NCBI RefSeq assembly: GCF_964204645.1
Contig: NC_134025.1
Coordinates: 29,430,299 to 29,494,298 of the forward strand
Source: Tubulanus polymorphus
Taxonomy: Eukaryota > Animalia > Nemertea
DNA: 64,000 nucleotides
Direction: 5' to 3'
Both the position numbers and the translations under genes were made by a program. The notes beneath the pieces are model-generated. The model saw only the letters and a program-made list of their open reading frames with translations, was not told the DNA's origin and made no database searches. Within the stretch, counting starts at the first letter, position 1. Each line of letters starts with the position of its first letter. Shown piece by piece: positions 52,301 to 64,000 of this stretch.

Positions 52301-53994
52301 GGGCAAATGAGTGAATGTTGATTGTCAGCGTGGTAACAGAACTGAAATGGCTGCAATGTATCGTAATTTTATGGTTAGTTAGGCATCTAATGTATTACGT
52401 CCCATCCATCTTCATCATAAAACCAAGATGAAAAGTAAACATCTACATCAGGTAGTATGCTTAATCTCAAATTCCCATCCTCAATCACACGGGGGGGGGG
52501 AGAGGCATCATTAATACGTCCAGCGTGTGCGTGGTGTGCGCTACGACTCCTGTAACACCGAAACACTTCGACTCGTATAGTCATTATAGAAAACCTACTA
52601 AAATTCACAAATCCGCACACGAACCTTTGACCATGAAATGAGGACACCGAAATGGTGAATAAATCAATTATTCTCCGTACCAAACCTAACGCAATGTGAT
52701 GTTCCACTCGTACATAACATTCCAGAAGGAAATATCTTCAGCCTCGACAGAAAAATAATAACGAACTTTCGAAAGGGAACGACTAACCGATAGAATTATA
52801 GCACAGGCTTTTTTTGTTTTGATATTTCAAACATCTTTAGCCTTTAGTTGATGATTTTACATATCTTTATTCATTTCATTCGAAATAGAAATAGATTCGT
52901 CCTAAAAATGTTTGTTTGGAATAAATCACTTCAAAACGTAATTATACTCATATTTAAAATATGAATTCAAAATCATATACGAAACACAATTTCAGGATTT
53001 AATAATTTATATCGATTACGGCTTGTATCAATGGTTATCACTTGTAAAGCATTTTACAGTATAATCGTATATTTGGCCTGTATTTTGCACGCAGTTGCCT
53101 TGAAGTATCTAAGAGTACATAATCATGACAAAGTGCTGTCTATTTATGAATATTGTAACATCTATATCATTTATCTGTCAGTATAATTCATTATAGATCG
53201 TTTAATCAATCTAATGTACCGATTGTAAAGTATCTAAGTGGGTTGCGAAGGGTTTGTTTTTCGGAGGGTTTTACAGATATACGTGTGGTTATAAGTGGAT
53301 TATTGAATTCATGGACGGACGCGATTTTAATCGCCTTCGCATCCGATTCGATCTCGGCATCGATTGATAAACCTGAAATAAAACAAGAAATCACGGATTC
53401 GACGCGAAATGCGGCGCCAACATCGACAAATTCTCATTGCGCGTGAAGTTGCTGATTTATTAAAGGTTTATGAAGAACGACGTTGCTTTTAGTGAAATTA
53501 AAAGTAAATCTTATAGATGGGGAGGATTTGAAGAATTTGAATGCGATTAATTTTGCCTAGACGCGCTTCGCGTAGAATATGTGAAATCACCACGCGACGA
53601 AATAAACACAACTTATGAAATAATCAATGATTTACCACTATTCTGTAGTTTCGAGATTTTTCATTCTAGTAAAAGTTATATTTCACTTGTCTAGACGTGT
53701 AAAGGTTCGATGAATGTAGGGATTGTCACAAGCGTTCGCTTATTAACTAGCGAGTTATTCTAATTAGATTGTGGCAACACCTGTCGTGTTTCAAGTGAAG
53801 AATTCGTTTAAATCGCGCCTTCATCTTCTTTCTATCCTTACTTCAAAAACACCATCATTAATTGAATCTCAAGGCGAAATAATGACTCTCCGATATAAAA
53901 GAAATAAGATAAATTTGTCTGAAATTAAGAAATGTTTCGGTGTCACTTGGCGCCAGTATGCTACAATATTGGAAGGAGAGATTGCTCCACCGTC

Positions 53995-54235
53995 TGGAGA
54001 GGGAAGGGACATGGATTAGAGAGGAATAACAATAGAATATGAAGAAATAGAGCGAGGAAGTTGCAGGATGAGCGCCAGAGACAGCGGAGGAAGGAGTGAG
54101 AAGAAAATGTGTTAAAGAGTAGACGTAATCAGGATGAGGAGGAAGAGAGGAGAGGGGAAGATGTAGAGAATGAGGGAAAGGATGAAGGAAGATGATTGTA
54201 TGGAATGGGAGGATGGATAAAAAGGAAAAGGTAGA
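53995..54235. repeat. GA-rich low-complexity tract
   Basis: Purine-rich gagagg/ggaagg sequence. Confidence 0.7.
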
Positions 54236-54569
54236 AATTATGAAATTCACATTTATGATACTTTTACTAATAGCGGATTGTTCTCTATAATAATGGTAAC
54301 ACATTGAACTGACTAGTAATAGTAGAGATATAGCGAAATGTTGATAAATGATGTGGTATAATTTGCAACCGCTGCAAATGACAGAAGACAAATTTCACCT
54401 AATAAATTTTTCCTTTCAGATGAGAAAATAGATAATTCAAAATAAACACAAATACATAATTATAACATGCATACTAGATTATATGTAGTTGCACACTTAG
54501 GGACATATTTCCGCGGTTCATGGTTAACTCGATTTTCGATTCACGCAATCGGTGAAACCCGGACCCCAG

Positions 54570-54720
54570 AGCCAATTCCACAGTTGACAGTCCGATTTGA
54601 ATTTGGAGTCGTTCATTTGGTACATTTCTAAATCTACAACTCAAAACCGTCGAATGAACTGAATCCTGGAAAGTTTTAACTCATTGAAAATGAACTAATT
54701 CTAATTCACAACTGTGGCTC
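54570..54720. mobile_element. Degenerate MITE of the CCACAGTTG-terminus family
   Basis: Imperfect terminal inverted repeats gagccaattccacagttg ... caactgtggctc; shares sequence with the 18323 and 25855 fragments. Confidence 0.55.
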
Positions 54721-56280
54721 TAGATCCTGTTCTACATACTTAAATACTAAAAATAGAATTAATGGATTTAACGTTTTATATTTTATGCTGAAGCGTCAAA
54801 GCTGTATTTCATGTTTTATATAAAGGCGCGAGCGACTAATGAGTCGTCGGAATCAGCGCGAATCGTCCATAGATATAGAAGAAATAAACGCATTAATTTC
54901 TACGTCGTCTATTATGCTTTATTTCGCCGACGCGAAGATTTCTTGCGGCTTTGATAATTAGAATAAATGACTTGCGTCGGAAACGACACATCGCGGAATA
55001 CAGAATAACAGGAGAAAATTCACCGACTTGACAAATTAGATGTAGTTAGTTATCGGAATACGAAAAATACTGACGTCGTTAAATTGGAAAAACGTCCAGA
55101 AATTATTCGATTACAAATGAATTGCAACAACACATTTCCGAACTTAAGCGCATTGTCAAAATACAATCTTCGAAAACCTATAAATCATGTTTGATAATAA
55201 TAAAACGAGCATCACTCTTAATTTCTCTAAGACATCAACACATGTAACGCACAAAATTCACCGCTGGTTAGATCTCCACATCGAACGATCATCAAACGGG
55301 AAGATCTATTTCATTAACTTACGTGATTTTCAGCGTGCCATTTTTACCATATTGGTCAGCGGTCCGTACGTGATGATGCAGCTCAGTTACGAAACACTAA
55401 CAGTTGAAATAATTCCGCGCACACTCGAGACAAGTAGCGTAGCGCCTCGCGTGGCCGAATTCGGAACTATACGAAGCCGGCATGACCTCGGTATTTCTTA
55501 ATTTCAGTGAGATGAACAATAAAACCGTCGAACTAAACATTGATTGTTATCACTTCAATATCGCAGCATGTGACTCTATCGGGACCTTTATAGCAAATGA
55601 AGAAATGAAGTCCACACTTTCGGTTTTCGGGTTGGTTGATTCAAGTCGTATTTAAGACGCTTCGTCACCGAAATATCGACCAGAAACAGTCGACAAAATA
55701 CGCCTGTCAGTTCATTGATAAAATGCGTGAATCAAAATTTGTTCAAGTCACGACCTTCACCAATTACGATATATTTCATCGTAACATTTTCATAAATCTC
55801 TGACAAAAACCGATTTCACGCGTAAAATGTATTCAAATTCAGCCGGTAAAACCTGACCGCAAACCGCATCCAGTTTCATAAACCTCATCAAAGTTTATTC
55901 TAAATACCGAAAGCGATTCGAAATCAAAACGTTGTCATTAGCAACAAATCAAAGTGTTACTTGATGAACGCATGTGAAATGTGATACTGATTTAATTAAT
56001 CGTGTGAATGAAGGATGGTGGCACCTTCTACAGTATACACAAAGCTAAATGTGTCCATTAAAAGATCTTATGAACATAATTCCAACCTTTTAACGCTCAC
56101 TTAATATCATCCCATTTATGTCTCGTACGTATATGGAGGACAAACTTTGATTATAAGTTCAAACACATTAATTCCAGAGGCAATAATGAATAAACATCCC
56201 ATATCGGTGATTATGATATGAAATCTTAAGATATCATTGTGAGCCACAACGTTTCATCTGTTGACTAACGGCCATACCTG

Positions 56281-56355
56281 AGTCGTGACTTAAGCCCAAA
56301 AATGGTCTTAAATCATAAGACTGGTCTTAAGTTGTTAGATTGTTTATAGAACTTA
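56281..56355 (+). mobile_element. Truncated copy of the 37865-38002 MITE
   Basis: agtcgtgacttaagcccaaaaatggtcttaaatcataagactggtcttaagttgttagatt aligns with 37878-37938. Confidence 0.75.
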
Positions 56356-59300
56356 ATTTCTAATGCGTCTGCGACTTGTTGGAAACCGTAGCATGAACGC
56401 GTGATATACATACACTTATTTTTCCGATAGGTTTATAAATGGATACAGAAATGGTCACGGATATTCATGTTTGACGCAAATCTAATATCCATAAGAGAGT
56501 ATTTTGCCATTTCGCGACGCGTACTTCGACCATGCGTCCCGAGCGATTTGTGAACGAAAACCTCGTTAGATTTCGTCTAAACAGCTGCGGAAAAGTTGGC
56601 CAAGAGTATTTGACTAGTCGGAGACGATGGCTCGAGGAGCTGGGAAGAGCATCTCTTCCTACTTTACTCTCGAGTTCCGATCGACGGTAAGGTTTTTAAT
56701 GCGACTGACCACAACGAAGACGCGCAGAAACCTGGCCTTGAAACAAATGCAAATATGATTTGACGTTATGACTCTCAGGAAGGGCTACACATAAAATGTG
56801 CGCATCAGATCCGGAGGCCATAAAAGATCAAATCAAAGCTACTATCCATACCCCGCGTCCGCGTGTATGTATTAGAGGAAAAAGCAATCATTCGACCATT
56901 TGCCAGTGCAACTTCAGAAAGAATTTATATCACAAAATGACACATGTATATGAAATTGATATGATCGATAGCTGTATAACCCCGAGGTCTAAATCAGCAA
57001 ACAGTACACCGAGTCACGAACACGCCACAGAGTCAGTCGTGTCGTATTTTTCTTCGTATTCACAGTGTAGACGGTATTTTAAGCTATCCTCCCGCGGGGA
57101 CATTTCAGCGGTCGATTCCGTGTGAAGATTTTCTAAATTTCATTGACGGAAGTAAAATCAGGGCGAACCTCGGTCTATAAATTATCGGCGAAGCGTTCTC
57201 CTCGTCAGACCGTCAAATGATTTTACCGTTTGATTGCTATCATTAATGCTTCACGGGATCAATCGAATTTAGAAGCGCGCAAGCTACGGAGACCCAGTCT
57301 GATCAGAATAAATCACGTCGAGACGCCATGCGACCGGGTCACGCCAAATTACACCACTAAGAACACATAAGATTAGGTTAGGTATAAACGTTTGTTTTTG
57401 TCTTGCATCTTCTCTCAACCCGGTGAGTCTTCTGGCCAAACCATCACACGGTTAGTAGGCTCATCAATCCACCTTTAATGGCTGAAGCCTGGACGATCTG
57501 ATTATCCATGTTGTGAGATGCCGGTCAGGAGATAAAAAACTGTAATTCATTTTTTTAATAGAAAATAACAGACAGGAGACCTAGCGATGTTTTTTGTAAA
57601 AATGGCGGCCTGAAGGGTCAGTGGTACAGACATCACAGACATTACTGAATACTGCTCGAGTTCAAGCGATTGACGCGCTCAAATTTCAGTTTCTAAATTT
57701 CTAGTAAGATTTAAGTGAACTGCATCGGAGATCAAACGATCGCTCTTCACTCTTCACAGCCAAATTCTGGTACGGGCCAAATTATTATTTCCCGATATAG
57801 ATGATACGCCGGCCGCATTTGTCATTATCGTCGTTATTGTATACTTGAAATAAGCCGGGTCTGTAGACTTTTGTCCGTTTCGCGTGTCTTTTACACGATG
57901 TCCGCACAAAGAGAACAAGCAGAATCGGAAATCAGTGAACGGAAGACCGGCAGCTGATTTTTTCTGTAGCGGAAATTACGAGCAAGTACTGTGCACTCGG
58001 TAGAACCAGCCACATTCCGACTGACTTCAGGAGGTGGTGCGCGATCCTCAGAGCCGTTCAGAGCAATCGGGCTCACAAACCACTGTCTATTCCAAAATCT
58101 CGTGTGAAATCCCAAAATGAAATTCGAGAGTGGTTTCTTATATGAAAATATCGCGCCATTAAAAATGAGGGGTATTTCATAAGAGTACACTCGAGCCGGA
58201 TATTGCAGGGAATCCCCAGTTACTCCAGACAAAACAATGCCGGGAATCTCCTATTTCACTAACAATTTTCCTATCAGGACCTACGGATCTCAAACATACA
58301 AGCTTTTCATCACCGTTCCTATTTTTAGAACTATAGCAACTTTGACGCTCCTCTTGTTCATTCTAGATACTATTTTTGGGTCGTGCCCGATGCATATTGA
58401 GGCCTTCTTTCTCAACTAGGTCTCATACCATACTTCTAATACGAGCTAACCATCTAATTTACACATTCGTATGAAAATTCAAATAGTTCATTTTCGTACG
58501 ACCTACGGGTATATGTCACACGATAGAGTCAATAAAGTGGATTATGAAGAAAAAAAAATCCGACATCATTAGATCATTGGAACAAGCGCGAGTAAGTGTA
58601 GTCGTAGCAATCGTGAAGACATTGTAAACACTGGGAATAAATTGACCTCCGATCTTAGTTAAATATTTGCTATTTCTTCAGCCCGAACGATCGAGTCTTA
58701 ACGTCATAGATGTTTAGACACGGCCGGTTGAAGAGAATTTTATTCACGGCCAAAGATCCGAAGTGTGTTTGTATAATTTGATGGCTTCGGTTCACCATTG
58801 CTGTCGGGAGACCTAATAATCTACAGCAAGGTAAATTTGATTAGCGCTTCTCAAACTACACTAATGTAACGCCCTCTCGAAATGAGAGAGCCAATCTAGC
58901 TCGATTTGCCATAAAAAAACGAGAATTAAGAATCTTAGCGTAAAGGAACATTAAGACTCGCAATGAGCCAGCCGGATATATGAAACTTCGATTGATAAGC
59001 GATAAAAACGTTTAACATAAAATATATCTATATGCATTACATCGTTGCCTAGTCAATACACATTTTTTGAAATAATTTTCGATAAGATTCACTCCACGTA
59101 GATGCATCATTTTGACATTGGCTAATCAAGCAACCTGTACTTATCAACAACCGACGACGTAACCCACCCGAGACAACTGATTATCTAGTTAATTTCCAAT
59201 TTCCTGGTTTCCACCAGCCATGACTGTGAATACTAAAAAGCAGCGCATAGAAGTCCCGGTTGTATATGTTTATGAAGTGCACAAGCATCTGGGATTTACA

Positions 59301-60805
59301 AACGCATCATGATTATTTTTGAAACATAATTGCGAACAAAAATAATGTGGAAATTTCCCAGAAATGATGTTAAACGTAATGAACAAGGGAGAAGTAAAAT
59401 CATTTGAAAAATGATGTTAGAAATGATCATGATTATAATTTCATTTTTATTTCGACCAGATTTCCACCAGGAAGTCGCTTTTCAAACAATGGAGCTATAA
59501 TAGCATCAACCTAGTTTACATGTTCTACATTCAGAAATATTTGCAAAATTGAGTTTCAACTAGTAAGAAATTGATGATGATATTATACGTTACAGAGAGG
59601 ATTTTTCTATCAAACAAACGGTATATTTGTCTATGATACAATCTGTAGCTTAAAATCCATGGAGTCGTATCACCAGGATCAAAACCAGTTGTATCAGTAA
59701 TCCTCAATATACATCCCACAGAGCCTGTGCATATAGGCCTAACTCGTTTTTTCTTCCAGTGTATCATTTTCATCGAGCGAATTTGATTCGATACATGATT
59801 AGAATTTCACGTACCCTACGTGCACAGGGACAGCATTTAATTCAGAATTGTTTCGTACGACCTCCTACTTCAGCCCTGGCACCAGTCCACTATCAAGTTA
59901 AAGAGTCGAGAATGAGAAATTTGCTGCCATGAGTAAATCGTGAATACCACCACAGGCGTGGATCCATAGGGGGTTTTAGGGGTCGTGCCCCCCCCCCTGC
60001 TCAGCTACCAAAAAATTGTTTGATCATTTTCTTGAAAGAATGTACTCAATTCAAAGCCGGTAGAGAGTACCACATAATCGAGTACCATATTATCTTATGT
60101 TTGGCCAAACTATATGCCGTATAGGCCCTTCATTAGAGATTTTAGTCGGTAGTCTAACATTAGGCCTAACATTTTTATGAACCCCCCCCCCCCCGGAAAA
60201 AATGCCAACGCCAATGAAGAGAACGATGATGTTCAGCTATAGTTATAAATATCAAAATGAAGAGATTCAATGACGAACCACTCGGGTCTTAAGGTACCTC
60301 GAACAAGCGCTTACTAACGAATGAAAGCCCGTGGCCCGAAATGCCCGAATGAAAATGAGTTCCGAGTCGAAACTAGGTCAAAACGACGAACCAGTTAGTA
60401 AAATAATGAGTCGATGGTAGAAACGTTTACCAATAAAAAAGAAAATTAGCATGTTGGCCCCGTGGCCCGTTGATGATCGAAAAGGCTTCGAAAGTAGGTC
60501 AAAACGACGGCACTTACCATATAAGTACATGATGCTTCCTGGCCACTGTAGCCGCCAAACATCGCAGAGAGCTATGTCATGGTTGAAACGTTGTAAAGCA
60601 TTGTTTGTGATTAATAACAGTGACGATGTTGCGCACACAGCGTGGGTTATCTTGTAGCAGATGTATAAAGAATCATTCATATGCTGTATGAGAATTAACC
60701 GATAGAATTAATACATGCAATAACAGCTTGTCTTCATGTGATGTGTCACTTGGACGCGTTTTTAGTCAATATCGGCTTCAAACTGTATGGAATTCCCCAA
60801 GGGTC

Positions 60806-60885
60806 ATACGACTTACGAGTTACGTTTTACGAGTTACTACTTCCTTATACGTTACGACTTACGTTTAACGAATTACGAGTTACTA
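60806..60885. repeat. Degenerate TTACGA(C/G) short-period repeat
   Basis: Repeated ttacgag/ttacgac/ttacgtt units. Confidence 0.6.
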
Positions 60886-61224
60886 TTTCCTTCGTTACAA
60901 CTTATATCGAGCATCCGAAGCGCGAATTTAACAGAATTCGTCTCTTCGATAAATTTCACTCCGAAATAGTGGCAATTAATTGCAGTTGTTAACTGAATGA
61001 TTGCTCTTTCTAGTGTTTTATTTGAATCTCTATATGCATAGTCCACTAAGTTATTTCTGTTTGTATAAAAAAGTTTGTTGGATTTGTAAATTTCCTACCG
61101 TGTAATAAAATCTCTGAATTTTGTGTTGTTCCACTATGCATTACCACTTGTAATGGGTCCGAGTGTAAATAAATAGATAAACTATGAGTGGGATGTCCCG
61201 GGTTCGAACCCAGTAATTACTGAT

Positions 61225-61525
61225 ACCGATTCAGAATGAATATGTAATCTAATGATGGTTATATCCACCAGATGGCGAGTGTGATTTTAACGGATTAAAG
61301 AAGAGTCAGTGCGACAAGTAAGCATCAGGACCATTCTGAAATCAGAAGCAGTAATTTCTGTATTCGCATAGTTTATCAATGATGCTATGATCGCCATCTA
61401 TTGGAATTTGGGTGAACTGACTAGTCAGCTCTTACTCGTCGCACTGACCCTTCTTTAATCCGTTAAAATCACACTCGCCATCTGGTCGATATAACCATCA
61501 TACTACAGGATCATTCTGAATCAGT
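61225..61525. mobile_element. Foldback/MITE element with about 95-bp inverted arms
   Basis: Left arm ...tgatggttatatccaccagatggcgagtgtgattttaacggattaaagaagagtcagtgcgacaagtaag is the near-perfect reverse complement of cttactcgtcgcactgacccttctttaatccgttaaaatcacactcgccatctggtcgatataaccatca. Confidence 0.85.
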
Positions 61526-61723
61526 GTTGGAAAAAAAGTCACCAGTTTTTTTTATTAGGAAAGCTGCATTCGAACATTATGTTTCATCTATGCGAACATT
61601 TTTGCCTGTTTATTTTAAATATTGCAGTGTCTGTGATATCATGGCCGTTAGATGGCGCATGTACAGCATGTGGCCACTTTTTCTGGTTCCAATGGAGTTT
61701 TAGAACGTCGTTCTATTAATGAT

Positions 61724-61949
61724 TAGGCTAAACAAAAAATGATACCTTGTTTCTCCGCAGCGGCCGGGTCATTTTTGTAAAATATGATAAAATTTATAAA
61801 CAGTTCATTTCTATAGCGGCCGGGGTCTGTTATGGTGAAATTGATCACGATTTAAAAAAAAGTAATGTATATGGTAGATAGGCGGCCGGCCGGGTCAACA
61901 TTTAAGCTCAGCAGAGCGGAGAAACAAGGTATCAATTTTTTTTGGCCTA
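61724..61949. mobile_element. MITE with about 35-bp TIRs and internal CGGCCGGG repeats
   Basis: taggctaaacaaaaaatgataccttgtttctccgc ... gcggagaaacaaggtatcaattttttttggccta, with three internal cggccggg motifs. Confidence 0.85.
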
Positions 61950-64000
61950 TGAACAGGTTTTAAACACGACGCTATGTCATTGTACTTTAATCGTCAACAC
62001 GTCATGAGAGCCTCATATAACATTCTTTGTAAATAAAAATGTATTGGTAGTAGGCTATATATATCGCCGATATGTGAAGGCGTTACCTATATCTGGTATT
62101 TCGAAATAGTTTTTCGCTAACTTTCCCTAGAAACGACTGCATTCGGTTATTTACGATGATAAATCCCGCAGGACCAGGATCAAAATATTATGAAAGTTCT
62201 GACTCGGGCTTGAATACCGGGACGGGTGTTACTACAAATGGATGCAGTTCTGCGTATTCAATATCAGCATCTGTTACATCTATACCTACGTTCAGCGGAT
62301 CGGTAACAATTCTGCGCCATCCACGACCGGAATCAAAGGTAATCAATCATTACACTCTAGAACGTGGGGTCGCTATGAAAAGATAGGCCATTTCTGAGAT
62401 TTCTGTCACACGTGGGGTCTCCTGTATGAAGAAAGACATACGGAAAAGATGCAATTTGGAGAGTGCCCGCGATTATCAGGTGTTAACGAATCGATTTCTG
62501 GCTTGACAAGGTTAACATCAGTGGGAAGGTACGTAGGGTCCAGACTCACAAACCCCTAGATTCACCTCTGCATGTAGGTTAATTCTATTTCATCGGTGTG
62601 GCAACGATTGGGGTCGTTGACATCTGCAAACGGGTGACGCTTATTTCTATTTCAGTGCGAGAAATTCAAACGCAAGTTCGGATGTGAATGTCAATGTTCT
62701 TGGTGGACTATCGGGAAGATTATCGCTACTATTCTAGTACTGATTCTCGCTGCTGTGGTTGGTTTACTGGTCGGTAAATTCGCCACGAACGAAGTCGAAG
62801 TAAATATATTAAACTTCACCAATATAATCTGATAAATGTCTTGAGAATGACAAAACTGTTTAGAAAGTTTGTGTCATTTTAGCCATACAATTTCGTAATA
62901 CGGGAACGAGGCGCAATAGCGCACGTTGAAGGAGCACTCGTCTACAAGAATTCCGTTCGATTTTACACTCCGAGTCATAGTAATGATATCAAAAATGTGG
63001 AGACCATTTTAGACTTTTCTAAAGTAAGTATTTACAACATCGTCACAATAGACATAGTCAATCCAAACATCTTCACTGCACTAATTTGACATGAACATAA
63101 TTGATAATTCTTAGTCTCGTATTTTAGAATTAATATCATTCATTTTACAAACCTAATTTCGTAATGTTTACATGTATATGGTTGTGTGTGTCGTGAGCGT
63201 GGGGTCGACCTCATACTTTCGTTCTTAGAGGCGGATTCGATATCGGGGGCTCTTACGACTGAGGCCTCTTGTGTCTGATTAGCACTCTTACAAGGGTGAC
63301 TACAACCGAGCTTTACTAAACCTCATTGATTTATTATGGCGACGTCATCAATTGTTTTAGTTCATCTAAGTTCTGATTTGTGAGAATAAGGAGACAAATA
63401 AATGTTAAAAGTAAAATGTAAGCAAGATGTAAAGTTTATGATCCGAATTGGTCACGTAGTCATATGTGCTTTGTTAATGCTTAATGATTTAAGGGTGAGA
63501 TAATTAATATAGACCACACATCAAAACATTGTTTCATCGACAATCTATCAGAGAAAGAGTTAGGATCATTGGACAATGTGAGGGAATCGTTGATCTATAT
63601 AAGAGATAAGTTGGTAAGATGTGACAATCACTTATTGTATTATTCGCTTGTTTTCCGGTTACGAATCACCATTAACTGTAACAGTATCTGCAACACTTTC
63701 GTCTATTGTTTTAGAATCGCGTTCTTTGGCAAACAGAACCACCAGTCAAAGAAGGCAAATTAGCAGGACCGGTTACCGAAGTGCCTGGCGGTCGTACTCC
63801 AGACGCGTATCAGAAATGTAGAAAAAATAAATATCCTATTTATTCAGCTGGGATATTTTACACGTCATTAGGTATGCTAATGGTGTTCGTTAATTGTATC
63901 GTTTTAGTTTTGAAAAGCAATACACATGACTGTATTCATAATCATTTCAGACCTGAGCACTTGTGAGAAGGCGTGCTATCCACATTTTACTGTAACGAGT

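Noticed and set aside
53858-54391. 177-aa minus-strand ORF
   Set aside because: Spans the GA-rich low-complexity tract and has no recognisable domain.
59952-60200. GC-rich ggatcc/ggggg/ccccc fragments (also near 28478, 34411 and 62550)
   Set aside because: Probably remnants of a dispersed DNA-transposon family, but the ends and target duplications could not be defined.
61187-61215. tRNA T-loop/B-box-like GGTTCGAACCC (similar at about 16745)
   Set aside because: No acceptor stem, D arm or anticodon arm could be built; at most SINE debris.

Overview
AT-rich invertebrate genomic DNA with GT-AG introns. A spiralian origin is an inference from the peptide type and the group I mGluR. Two convergent neural genes were assembled by hand from splice sites and reading-frame phases. 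(1) On + is a 112-aa allatotropin/orexin-family neuropeptide precursor with three coding exons (1598-1782, 1913-2004, 3192-3253). It predicts the mature peptide GFKNEERFGHGF-amide and ends in a canonical EF-hand loop that appears only after splicing. (2) On - is a 1333-aa group I (mGlu1/5-like) metabotropic glutamate receptor with eight coding exons (33100 to 5859), a 22.4-kb first coding intron and a long tail ending in -SSDV. The rest (33.4-64 kb) appears non-coding, with MITEs, a foldback element carrying CTCF-like motifs, a tandem array of hairpins and simple repeats. Most listed ORFs are spurious. No prokaryotic features, rRNA, intact tRNA or CRISPR array were seen.
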